A stretch of DNA of 64,000 bases from a candidate division TM6 bacterium GW2011_GWF2_38_10 (GTDB lineage: Bacteria; Babelota; Babeliae; Babelales; RVW-14), in contig LBTY01000001.1 of NCBI GenBank assembly GCA_000992305.1, positions 848-64,847 on the forward strand, in the 5' to 3' direction. The notes under the pieces were generated by a model. That model was not told the DNA's origin. It did not search any database and saw only the letters and a program-made list of their open reading frames with translations. The translations under genes were made by a program, and so were the position numbers. This document shows positions 45,672 to 53,744 of this stretch, piece after piece (positions within the stretch are counted from its first letter, which is position 1; each line of letters starts with the position of its first letter).

Positions 45672-46496
45672 TTAGCTTTTTGAGTTTAGCCACCAGCCAT
45701 CATGGTGGTTTTTGATAAAATGTTCTTTTTCCAGTGTGATGAGTATTCGTGTAACGCGAGATGGTTCTTCTTGGAGTTCTGTGAGTATAGTGTGTAATGA
45801 TGCCCCGGGTTGGTCAAGGAGAATTTGAAGAATTTTCCCACGGATTTGGCGGTTAGATCCTATAAACTTTGATTGTTTTGTATAATGGGCGCTTTGTTTA
45901 TTCAGATTACCAATTTCTTTTTTGAGCATAACACCATAATCCATAAGAGCATAATACCATTCACGAGGATGTTTGTTGTCGATTGTTGCTTGTATAAGTG
46001 GCATGATTTGTTTATCGGTGACCTTGTGTTCATTTTTAAAGAAAAAATGAATAAAAACGGTTCTAATATTTGTTTCTATAAAACAAGTTGGTTTATTAAA
46101 CGCAAAGGCAACTATAGAAGAAGCCGTTGCTGGTCCTATGCCAGGAAGTGTTTTAAGAATTTCGGGATCATTGGGGAGTTGTCCATCAAAATCATTTACG
46201 ACGTGGGTGGCTATTTTGCATAGCGCTTGTGCTCGTCTGTTATACCCAAGGCCCTTCCATTCGCGTAAAACATCAGCAAATGAAGCATTGGCAAGTGTGG
46301 TAAAATCTGGAAATGCAGCAATAAATGAAGGGAATTTTTGAGCAACGCGTTCAGTTTGTGTTTGTTGAAGCATAATTTCAGAAACAACAACGTGATACGG
46401 AGTTATATGTTCTCGCCAGGAAAAAGAGCGTCTATTGTTTTTGTACCATGTTGTTATTGTTGTAATAAAAGTTTCTTGGTTAATTTGTGGATTCAT
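45672..46496 (-). CDS. HhH-GPD superfamily DNA glycosylase (MutY/Nth-like) without an Fe-S cluster loop and with a winged-helix-like C-terminus
   Basis: YHVVVSEIMLQQTQ, GLGYNRRA, LPGIGPATASSIVAFAFN, ALMDYG. I see no Cys cluster after the catalytic Asp region. The C-terminal part reads SNRQIRGKILQILLDQPGASLHTILTEL... Confidence 0.65.
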   Translation of the reverse strand: MNPQINQETFITTITTWYKNNRRSFSWREHITPYHVVVSEIMLQQTQTERVAQKFPSFIAAFPDFTTLANASFADVLREWKGLGYNRRAQALCKIATHVVNDFDGQLPNDPEILKTLPGIGPATASSIVAFAFNKPTCFIETNIRTVFIHFFFKNEHKVTDKQIMPLIQATIDNKHPREWYYALMDYGVMLKKEIGNLNKQSAHYTKQSKFIGSNRQIRGKILQILLDQPGASLHTILTELQEEPSRVTRILITLEKEHFIKNHHDGWWLNSKS

Positions 46497-46780
46497 TGTA
46501 GGTGTTCTCCAATCATTAAAAACAAAATGTGTTCATTGGTGTGTTTGGTATCATAGCATTTTGCATCTTGGGCGACAATGAGAATGTATGATACGGGGAG
46601 TAGTAATAAATGTTAAGGGCGCTTGCACAGCTTTGTTTGGTGTTTTTTTACAAAACTATTGATTTTTTTTTATATGATTATGCATAGTAAAAGAGTAAAG
46701 AATGAAAAAACTTGGGGGGAGATAACGGGAACCTTTGGGGGGGGGAACGTTATACCCAACACGTGGGTGTTGGGAAAGTA

Positions 46781-46810
46781 AAAGGCGAAAGTCATCAAAC
46801 ACTTTCGCCT
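46781..46810. terminator. Perfect 10-bp hairpin in the ftsZ/glycosylase intergenic region
   Basis: aaggcgaaag (46781-46790) pairs with ctttcgcctt (46801-46810). Short T runs on both strands. Confidence 0.5.
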
Positions 46811-46860
46811 TTTAAATTTGTGTTTTAGGGTTTGTTGACTTTTGTATTTTTATGTAAGAA

Positions 46861-46972
46861 ATGGATGGATCCTCGGGTTGCGGGCTAAAGCTCCGCCCCC
46901 AAGGATGACATGCTAATCGACGGTTGTCATTCTCGGCTTTGGCCGTTAGGCCTCTTGACCGAGAATCCATAT
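46861..46972. ncRNA. Candidate structured RNA or element of unknown class (G+C-rich island in an AT-rich spacer)
   Basis: Closing helix atggatcctcgg (46864-46875) with ccgagaatccat (46958-46969), 11 of 12 pairs. Internal hairpins at 46874-46899, 46901-46932 and ggcc-gtta-ggcc (46940-46951). An alternative perfect 8-bp pairing joins 46928-46935 with 46958-46965. No match to tRNA, 5S or SRP signatures that I know. Confidence 0.3.
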
Positions 46973-47036
46973 CTTAAGTATTTTTAAAGCAAGATTATTA
47001 CGTTAAAAATTAGTTATGTTAAAAAGTTAACAGAGC

Positions 47037-48356
47037 CTAGTAGGGATGATTTTTTTGTTGTTCTTCTGCTTTTTTTCTTAAAAATGTTGGTGTGTCTAAA
47101 TCGTTCACATCAATGTATGGTTCTGCAGCTTGAACAGGATGATATTTTTTTTGAGCTTCTTCTTCATCTTTTTCAAGTTGAGCAAGTGCTTGTTCAAAAC
47201 TTAATTCTTTTGGTTCTATTACAACTTTTTGTAGAGGTTCTTCTTCTCGTGGTGATGTTATTACGACTTCTGGTGTTGTTTTTTCAACGGGTTTTTCATG
47301 GTTGATAGCAGGCCTTATTTTTACGGTTGGTTTTATTGATGGAACAATGACAGGATGAGTGTATATTTTTTCTTGAATTGCTTCTGCTTGTTCAAATCCC
47401 GTGGCAATAACCGTTACCATAATTTCATCGTGCATATTTTCATCAATAACTGATCCAATAATGATATTGGCATCTTCGTTAACCATTTCATAAATCATTG
47501 AGGCAGCTTCGTTGATTTCATAAAGGCCAAGATTTGCGTTGCCTGTTATGTTAAGGAGTACTCCTTGGGCGCCGGTGATGCTAATATTTTCAAGTAAAGG
47601 AGAGTTTATTGCTGCAACAGTTGCTTTACGCGCTCTGTCTTCGCCTTGTGCTCGTCCTGTACCCATAAGCGCCATTCCCATATCTTTCATAATGGTTTTT
47701 ACATCAGCAAAATCAACGTTGATGTGTCCAGGTTTAGTTATAATATCTGAGATTCCGCTGATTGCTTGCTCAAGTACGCTATCGGATAACGAAAAGGCAT
47801 CGAGCATTGAAATTTTTGAATCGGCAACTTCTAAAAGTCGTTGATTAGGTACGACAATAAGTGTGTCGACATAATTTTTAAGTTGTTTGATGGTATCTTC
47901 TGCAAATCGTTGTCTTCGTTTTCCTTCAAACAAAAAAGGTTTTGTTACTACCGCTACGGTAAGAACTCCAAGCTCCCTGGCTGCGTTAGCAATTACAGGG
48001 AGTGCTCCTGTTCCTGTGCCCCCACCCAACCCTGCCGTGAGAAAAAGAATATCGCTATGCATGATACTTTCGGTAATTGAATCAAGATCTTCTTCGGCGG
48101 CTCGTCGTCCAAGATCTGGATTTGAGCCAGCGCCAAGACCTTTGGTGATTTTTGCGCCAAGTTGTATTTTAGTAAAGACGGGTGAACGTTGCAGTGCCTG
48201 AGCATCAGTATTTGCAATCATAAATTCAACTTGCTCATTGGATGTTTTTAGGGTCATTGCATTAACAGCATTGCTACCTGCTCCGCCAATTCCCATAACC
48301 TTTATTGTTGCTTGGCAGTTTGTGAATCGTTCATCATCTGGGCATAAATCGATCAT
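47037..48356 (-). CDS. ftsZ: Cell division protein FtsZ
   Basis: GIGGAGSNAVN, GLGGGTGTGALPV, NVDFADV. Long linker, then the conserved C-terminal peptide DLDTPTFLRKK. Confidence 0.95.
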   Translation of the reverse strand: MIDLCPDDERFTNCQATIKVMGIGGAGSNAVNAMTLKTSNEQVEFMIANTDAQALQRSPVFTKIQLGAKITKGLGAGSNPDLGRRAAEEDLDSITESIMHSDILFLTAGLGGGTGTGALPVIANAARELGVLTVAVVTKPFLFEGKRRQRFAEDTIKQLKNYVDTLIVVPNQRLLEVADSKISMLDAFSLSDSVLEQAISGISDIITKPGHINVDFADVKTIMKDMGMALMGTGRAQGEDRARKATVAAINSPLLENISITGAQGVLLNITGNANLGLYEINEAASMIYEMVNEDANIIIGSVIDENMHDEIMVTVIATGFEQAEAIQEKIYTHPVIVPSIKPTVKIRPAINHEKPVEKTTPEVVITSPREEEPLQKVVIEPKELSFEQALAQLEKDEEEAQKKYHPVQAAEPYIDVNDLDTPTFLRKKAEEQQKNHPY

Positions 48357-48385
48357 ACTACAATCCTTTCATTTTTTAGTGCTTA

Positions 48386-49621
48386 TTAAAAAAAATCATA
48401 AAGCCATGATTTCATTTTGCCAAAAATTTTTCCAAACATCGAATGATTAGTGCAATGAGCACCAAAAAAGTTTTTTTCGTTAATTGCATACAAAAGAAGC
48501 CCAAAGGCGGTGGAATAAATTGGACTTTTAAGAGCATCAGGTATGGTGTAAGGTGAGTTTTTCTGTGTTTCTTGAGGGTATCCTATTCTGACAGGAATTC
48601 CTAAGTGTTGTGCGATGATTTCCTTAAATCCAGGGAGCAAGCAGCCCCCACCGGTTAAAACAAGGCCGGCTGGCATTGCGTTTTTGAGTGTGTTATCAAG
48701 AATTTCATCAATAAGGATATCGATAATTTCTTCAGCTCTAAATCGAAGCATTTCACTTGCAAGGCCGACTTCGATTGTTTTTATGCCGTCATTGTATCCT
48801 AAGTCAATATCGATAAATTTATTGTGTTGTTGCTGAATGTGTAAGGGTGATACGGTTGCGTATTGTTTTTTTATTTCTTCTGCTTTTTCAAGCGGAATGC
48901 CAAGGCCGATTGCAAGATCATTGGTAAAATGATTTCCTGCAAAAGGGATTACTTTTGAGTGGCGAATGCGGCCATCTTTGTAAATTGCAAAATCGGATGT
49001 TCCTCCGCCGATATCCAAAATTCCTACTCCCAATTCTTTTTCAAAAGGAGTTAATACGGCTTGCGCCGATGCTATTTGTTCAAGGACAATGTCTGAAACA
49101 TCAAGTCCTGCAAGCTCGCATGATTTTATAATATTTTGGGCTGAGGCAATTGCTCCCGTTACGATATGAACTTGTGCTTCAAGGCGTACGCCGAACATTC
49201 CTTTAGAGTCTAAAACTTGTTCTTGGCCGTCAACGCGAAAATATTGAGGGAGTACATGAAGAATTTCTTGGTCTTGTTGGATAGGAATTGCTTTTGCCGC
49301 TTCAATAACACGATCAATGTCGTATTGAGTTATTGTTTTATTTTTAACGGCAACAACACCTGTTGAGTTTCTTGATTGTATATGTCCACCCGAAATTCCA
49401 ACACATGCTTTTTCTATTTTAATTCCCGCCATTTCTTCGGCTTGTTTTATAGCAAATTCTAGTGATTCAACTGTTTTTGCAATGTTAACAACAACTCCTT
49501 TTTTTAGCCCATGTGATGGGTGCTGGCCTATGCCTAATATCTCAATGACTCCTTTTGTATTAATTGATGCAATAATAACACATATTTTTGTGGTTCCTAT
49601 GTCAATAGCTGTAATATTCAT
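48386..49621 (-). CDS. ftsA: Cell division protein FtsA
   Basis: Actin-fold motifs AIDIGTTKICV and DIGGGTSD. Positioned between ftsQ and ftsZ. Confidence 0.9.
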   Translation of the reverse strand: MNITAIDIGTTKICVIIASINTKGVIEILGIGQHPSHGLKKGVVVNIAKTVESLEFAIKQAEEMAGIKIEKACVGISGGHIQSRNSTGVVAVKNKTITQYDIDRVIEAAKAIPIQQDQEILHVLPQYFRVDGQEQVLDSKGMFGVRLEAQVHIVTGAIASAQNIIKSCELAGLDVSDIVLEQIASAQAVLTPFEKELGVGILDIGGGTSDFAIYKDGRIRHSKVIPFAGNHFTNDLAIGLGIPLEKAEEIKKQYATVSPLHIQQQHNKFIDIDLGYNDGIKTIEVGLASEMLRFRAEEIIDILIDEILDNTLKNAMPAGLVLTGGGCLLPGFKEIIAQHLGIPVRIGYPQETQKNSPYTIPDALKSPIYSTAFGLLLYAINEKNFFGAHCTNHSMFGKIFGKMKSWLYDFF

Positions 49622-50436
49622 GGTAATCCCCCCCTTTTAATAAATCTATTTTTATGGTTTACGATTACATAGTTATGAAAACGCATATCAAAACAAAGTT
49701 GTTTATGATGTTTTTTTATTTTGGTTTTAGGTACAATTCCTTGTTTAATAAGGTCGTTATAAATGGGGAGGAGTGCATTATATTTTTCCATATGTAAAAA
49801 ATTATGCTCATTGGTAAGAATGGTATATGAGGGATTTGGATGCTTGGGGGTTAGTATAATGTGAGATGCGGTTATGTAGGTTATGTCAAAATGCTCCCAA
49901 ATAATTGATGGAATTGAAGAGAAAAAAGTTATCAATGATGGGCTGATCTTGGTTGGCGATGTTATTTCTGGCATTGTTATTGAGTTGAGTTGTGGTACGG
50001 GTTCGAATGATTCCTTGGGAACAACCTGGGCATTATCGGTAAGCAAAAAGGTATCATTGATTACAAGGATTGGTTGTGCTATTTCTAAGGTAAATACTAT
50101 GATTTGTTGAGGTGTAATGTGGTAACTTATTGTTTTAATGAGCGTATTAAAGGGGTTTAATACCTCTTGGATATCATTACAAGAGCAGGTAAAGAATGTA
50201 CGTGATTGTGCATATGTTTGTACGATAGACGATATTTTTTGTTGTAGCTCTGGACATGGTGGGTTTTTAAACGATACAATTGCTTTGGAGATTCCACAGG
50301 TTTGATAAAGATAGTTTTGAGCGTGGTGTGCGATGTTGGTGTACAAAAATAATAAGCATGGGGTAAGGGCTCCTATTAGGAGGATAGCCCCTGTTATGAT
50401 AACCAGTGAACGATTTAACGCTTGAGAATACTTCAT
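49618..50436 (-). CDS. ftsQ: FtsQ-like cell division protein (single N-terminal transmembrane helix, divergent)
   Basis: Position immediately upstream of ftsA, overlapping it by 4 nt. N-terminal transmembrane segment LVIITGAILLIGALTPCLLFL. I could not recognise any strong sequence motif. Confidence 0.5.
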   Translation of the reverse strand: MKYSQALNRSLVIITGAILLIGALTPCLLFLYTNIAHHAQNYLYQTCGISKAIVSFKNPPCPELQQKISSIVQTYAQSRTFFTCSCNDIQEVLNPFNTLIKTISYHITPQQIIVFTLEIAQPILVINDTFLLTDNAQVVPKESFEPVPQLNSITMPEITSPTKISPSLITFFSSIPSIIWEHFDITYITASHIILTPKHPNPSYTILTNEHNFLHMEKYNALLPIYNDLIKQGIVPKTKIKKHHKQLCFDMRFHNYVIVNHKNRFIKRGGLP

Positions 50437-50537
50437 GATTTTTGCTCTTATAAATTAATTTTCAACCGCTTGCATGTATTATCACCATACATAGCAAAAG
50501 TTTTTCATAAAAAGCAAAACTTTCATGATAATTAATA

Positions 50538-50573
50538 AAAAACTCGCCACGATCGTCTATCGTAGCGAGTTTT
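50538..50573 (-). terminator. Rho-independent terminator downstream of rlmB
   Basis: aaaactcgccacgat, loop cgtct, atcgtagcgagtttt. On the minus strand a T run follows. Confidence 0.65.
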
Positions 50574-50621
50574 AAGTTATTCAATATGATAGTGTTAATC
50601 AGATTTATAGGTTTTTATTTT

Positions 50622-51365
50622 TTAGGATAAAATAGAAAGTTTAGTCGATACCAGGAAAAGTAATATTCCAGCGGCTACTGAGGCATTATAAGAAATTTCG
50701 GTTGTTTTTTGTGGAAGCATAATAGTTGTGCCCAATGCTTGGATATCTTTTGATATTCCTGTTGCTTCGTTACCGATTACAATACAGGCAGGTTTTTGAT
50801 AGTTTGTTTCAAGAGCGTTTTGTCCACCTAATGCTGCCATATAAAAGTGATATCCAGCTTTTTTGTGTTCTAAGATGGCATGATGCATGCTTGGGGCCAA
50901 ATAGATATCCAAGTATTCGGCGAGTCCCGCGGAGGCTTTAAATGCTGCACCGGTCATGGGTGCTGATTGTGTTTTGCATAATACAACGCCTTGCACACCA
51001 GTACAGTAGGCTGACCGGAGAATAGCGCCAAGGTTGCGAACATCTTGAACAGCATCAAGCATGATAATGAGTGGTTTTTGCTGTGGATCGAAGGGTTTTG
51101 TATGGTATTTAAATGGGGTTACCCATGCAAGAATATTGTTATGATCGGTTGTGCCGGCCATGCGATCAAGTATTGCACGGCTAACATACTGAATATTAAT
51201 CGATTTGTCGTTAAGATATGGTTGAATGCGATCCCACGATTTGGCAAGGGGTTTGGTTGTGTAAATGCTTATAACTTTACGACGTTTTGCCTTTAACACT
51301 TCAATGATTGCGTGGGCACCATAGATAAGTTCATTGCTGTGCCCTATTTTCTTTTTTTCGGCCAT
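50622..51365 (-). CDS. rlmB: SpoU/TrmH-family 23S rRNA 2-prime-O-methyltransferase (RlmB-like)
   Basis: N-terminal substrate-binding-like segment (LIYGAHAIIEVLK). SpoU motifs: VQDVRNLGAILRSA, VIGNEATGIS, SYNASVAAGILL. Confidence 0.8.
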   Translation of the reverse strand: MAEKKKIGHSNELIYGAHAIIEVLKAKRRKVISIYTTKPLAKSWDRIQPYLNDKSINIQYVSRAILDRMAGTTDHNNILAWVTPFKYHTKPFDPQQKPLIIMLDAVQDVRNLGAILRSAYCTGVQGVVLCKTQSAPMTGAAFKASAGLAEYLDIYLAPSMHHAILEHKKAGYHFYMAALGGQNALETNYQKPACIVIGNEATGISKDIQALGTTIMLPQKTTEISYNASVAAGILLFLVSTKLSILS

Positions 51366-51544
51366 ACGGTCAGATCCTGTTTAGTTTTAGAGCCTATTGG
51401 CTCTGGTTGTTGCTTAATGTAAAACTATAGTGAAACTAGAGTTTATACTATTTTTAACAGAAAGCAGTATAAAAAAATTAATCACTTATTTTTTTGCCTT
51501 TTTCGCTACCATATTTATATTTTTAGTAACTATTTTTTTTACTG

Positions 51545-51615
51545 TATTTAAATCATCTCAATGAGCTAATTCCTTTGAGGAGTATAGCATAGATTCTTAA
51601 TAGTGCCTACGTTCT
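51545..51615. repeat. Dispersed roughly 70-nt repeat, copy B
   Basis: tatttaaatcatctcaatgagctaattcctttgaggagtatagcatagattcttaatagtgcctacgttctg aligns with 17263-17333. Lies in the rlmB-pilC spacer. Confidence 0.8.
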
Positions 51616-51651
51616 GCGTTCTGTAAATGATAGATAAATACAATTTGTATT

Positions 51652-52851
51652 TTATATTGCGTGAGCCATGGTAAATAGTGGCATGTAGATGGCAATCATT
51701 AAGATCATGATAATAATTCCAACTATAATCATAAGAATCGGTTGGAACAGTGCCGTTGTTGTAGCTATTTTTTTATGGAGTTGCCCTTCAATAAGGGTTG
51801 TAGCTTTTTCAAGCATTGTGGCAAGAGTTCCGGTTTGTTCTCCCAATCGTGAAAATGTTTGTAAGAGTGTACCAAGCGATGTTGGCGCAAGGAGGGGGAT
51901 GTGGTTTGATAGTTGTTGTCCTTTGGTTATTTCATTACTGAGTTGTATAAGTTTATTTTTATACAAAGGATTATGTGTTGTTTGGGCATTGTGAATAAGC
52001 GCCTGATTGAGTGGTATGCCGGCGCGCAAAAAAAGAGTGAGTATTTTAAGTGTTTGGATAAGGTGCACTGATGTTGTTATGGGGTGCAACAATGGGAGGT
52101 GGGCACTGATGCGATACATGATATGTTTACCCTGCGGCATTTTGGTGGCACCCCAGATCGCAAGGAGTAGGAAGGGGATGCTCAGTGCTTGAGGGCTTTG
52201 CATAAACGTGCTTATTGCAATAAGTTTTTGGGTTAAGGGAGGTATTTCTTTATCCATGGAGGCAAAAAAAACTTGAAATTGAGGGATGATGAACATGACG
52301 ATCACCAAGGATATAAAGAGCGCAAAGAGTATGGTAAAAAGTGGAAGAATAGCGGCTTGGGTAAGTTTTTGTTTAAACGTATTTTTGTGTTGCAAATAGG
52401 AGCAAATAAGATTGAGCGTTTGGGCGAGTGCCCCTGATTGTTCTCCGGCATGGATAATTTCAATAATGGCAGGCGAAAAAAGGTTTTTTTGTTGACTGAG
52501 TGCATGTGCAAGTGTTGAACCATGCTCGATGTCTTGGGCTATGCTATCTAAAGCTTTGCGCAGGGAGGTATTTTGAATTTGTTGCGTTGCTGTTTGCAAA
52601 GCGTTTAAAAGTGGAATTCCGCTGTCAATGAGATAATACATGTATTCAAAAAACATTATAATGTCATTTTGTGTTGTTGATGAAGTATAGGTGAATGGTG
52701 CTCCGGCGTCACTATTTTTTTCGGTGACGTGGATTAATGCTATGCCTGATTCTAAAAGGGTTTCTTCAAGCGCTTGTTGCGTTCTTGCGGTGAGTGAGCC
52801 TTTGTGCGTTTTTCCTGAAATATCGATTCCTTCCCATTCAAAATGCGGCAT
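51652..52851 (-). CDS. pilC: Type IV pilus / type II secretion platform protein (GspF/PilC family)
   Basis: Two GspF-type repeats with transmembrane helices, including GIPLLNALQ, AGEQSGAL, GIPLNQAL, LGEQTGTL. 399 aa. Confidence 0.85.
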   Translation of the reverse strand: MPHFEWEGIDISGKTHKGSLTARTQQALEETLLESGIALIHVTEKNSDAGAPFTYTSSTTQNDIIMFFEYMYYLIDSGIPLLNALQTATQQIQNTSLRKALDSIAQDIEHGSTLAHALSQQKNLFSPAIIEIIHAGEQSGALAQTLNLICSYLQHKNTFKQKLTQAAILPLFTILFALFISLVIVMFIIPQFQVFFASMDKEIPPLTQKLIAISTFMQSPQALSIPFLLLAIWGATKMPQGKHIMYRISAHLPLLHPITTSVHLIQTLKILTLFLRAGIPLNQALIHNAQTTHNPLYKNKLIQLSNEITKGQQLSNHIPLLAPTSLGTLLQTFSRLGEQTGTLATMLEKATTLIEGQLHKKIATTTALFQPILMIIVGIIIMILMIAIYMPLFTMAHAI

Positions 52852-52863
52852 ATGTTCCTTTGT

Positions 52864-53154
52864 TTATAAAAGTGTTTTTTGTTCACATAAGTTACAGCGG
52901 TCATAAAAGAGTTGCATGGTCATGGAGTTGTCGAGTATTTTGATAAACTTTTTTTTTGATGTGTGCCCTGCCATAATTTGAACTTGTTGTTTTGCAAGGC
53001 CCAATTGTTTGCTTAAAAATGAAATAAGTTCTTCGTTGGCTTTGCCTTTTTCGGGCTGACTTTTGAGGTGGCACTTTATCAATCCATGCTGCTCAAGGGA
53101 GATTGCTTGCTTTTTGGCATTTGGAACAACTTTGATTTCTACAATAAGGGCCAT
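52864..53154 (-). CDS. DUF167 (YggU-like) protein
   Basis: IKVVPNAKKQAI...HLKSQPEKGKANEELISFLSKQL...VQIMAGHTSKKKFIKI matches the YggU family pattern. Confidence 0.7.
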   Translation of the reverse strand: MALIVEIKVVPNAKKQAISLEQHGLIKCHLKSQPEKGKANEELISFLSKQLGLAKQQVQIMAGHTSKKKFIKILDNSMTMQLFYDRCNLCEQKTLL

Positions 53155-53263
53155 AGGTATCCTAAAAAAAAATAAAAAAAAACTAGAAAAAGAAGCTGAT
53201 TTAGGTATTATAATACCATGAAATTTTTCAAGGGGTTACCTTTTATGAAAAATTAATGAAAAA

Positions 53264-53272
53264 TGTTATTAA
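53264..53272 (+). promoter_or_regulatory. Possible extended -10 promoter element for the tRNA cluster
   Basis: TG-t-TATTAA at 53264-53272, ending 6 nt before the mature tRNA-Arg 5-prime end. The -35 is weak. Confidence 0.3.
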
Positions 53273-53278
53273 AAATGA

Positions 53279-53352
53279 GCGCCCATAGCTCAACTGGATA
53301 GAGTATCAGACTACGAATCTGACGGTTAGAGGTTCGAATCCTCTTGGGCGCA
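53279..53352 (+). tRNA. tRNA-Arg (anticodon ACG), CCA not encoded
   Basis: Acceptor GCGCCCA/TGGGCGC. Anticodon arm TCAGA-CTACGAA-TCTGA. T arm AGAGG-TTCGAAT-CCTCT. Close to E. coli tRNA-Arg(ACG). Confidence 0.9.
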
Positions 53353-53377
53353 TGTTCTTTTTTGTGAGTATTGTTGA

Positions 53378-53469
53378 GGAGAGATGGCTGAGTGGTCGAA
53401 AGCGCGTGCCTGCTAAGTACGTATCTGGGGAAACCCGGATCGAGGGTTCGAATCCCTCTCTCTCCACCA
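53378..53469 (+). tRNA. tRNA-Ser (anticodon GCU), long variable arm, CCA encoded
   Basis: Acceptor GGAGAGA/TCTCTCC. Anticodon arm CGTGC-CTGCTAA-GTACG. Variable arm TCTGGGGAAACCCGGA. T arm GAGGG-TTCGAAT-CCCTC. Confidence 0.9.
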
Positions 53470-53504
53470 TGATTTTCACATGTTCTTTGTCTTCTTATTG
53501 ATCT

Positions 53505-53596
53505 GGAGAGGTGGCAGAGCGGTTGAATGCGGCGGTCTTGAAAACCGTTATTCCGGGAGACCGGAATCGGGAGTTCGAATCTCCCCCTCTCCACCA
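53505..53596 (+). tRNA. tRNA-Ser (anticodon UGA), long variable arm, CCA encoded
   Basis: Acceptor GGAGAGG/CCTCTCC. Anticodon arm GCGGT-CTTGAAA-ACCGT. Variable arm TTCCGGGAGACCGGAA. T arm GGGAG-TTCGAAT-CTCCC. Confidence 0.9.
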
Positions 53597-53744
53597 GATT
53601 TTTACAATTTGTTTGGACTTTTTAATTCTTATTTTTTTAGTCTAGGATTCTTCCGGAAGTTTTCTTTTTTGTGTATTAAAGATATTTCTTCTTGATATGC
53701 TCATAGTTTGGAAATAAAAATTTTTTTATGTAAAAAGGTCATTG

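Noticed and set aside
46861-46972. Whether the structured element is a tRNA, 5S rRNA, SRP (4.5S) RNA or tmRNA fragment
   Set aside because: It has no T-loop (GTTCGAAT-type), no 5S loop motifs (CCGAAC, GAAGTGAAAC), and no SRP helix-8 GNRA/AGCA pattern on either strand. It is kept only as an unclassified candidate.
53253-53695. ORFs 53253-53594 (-) and 53480-53695 (+)
   Set aside because: They lie entirely over the three well-folding tRNA genes (Arg, Ser, Ser). Their arginine- and proline-rich translations are typical of spurious frames through tRNA DNA.
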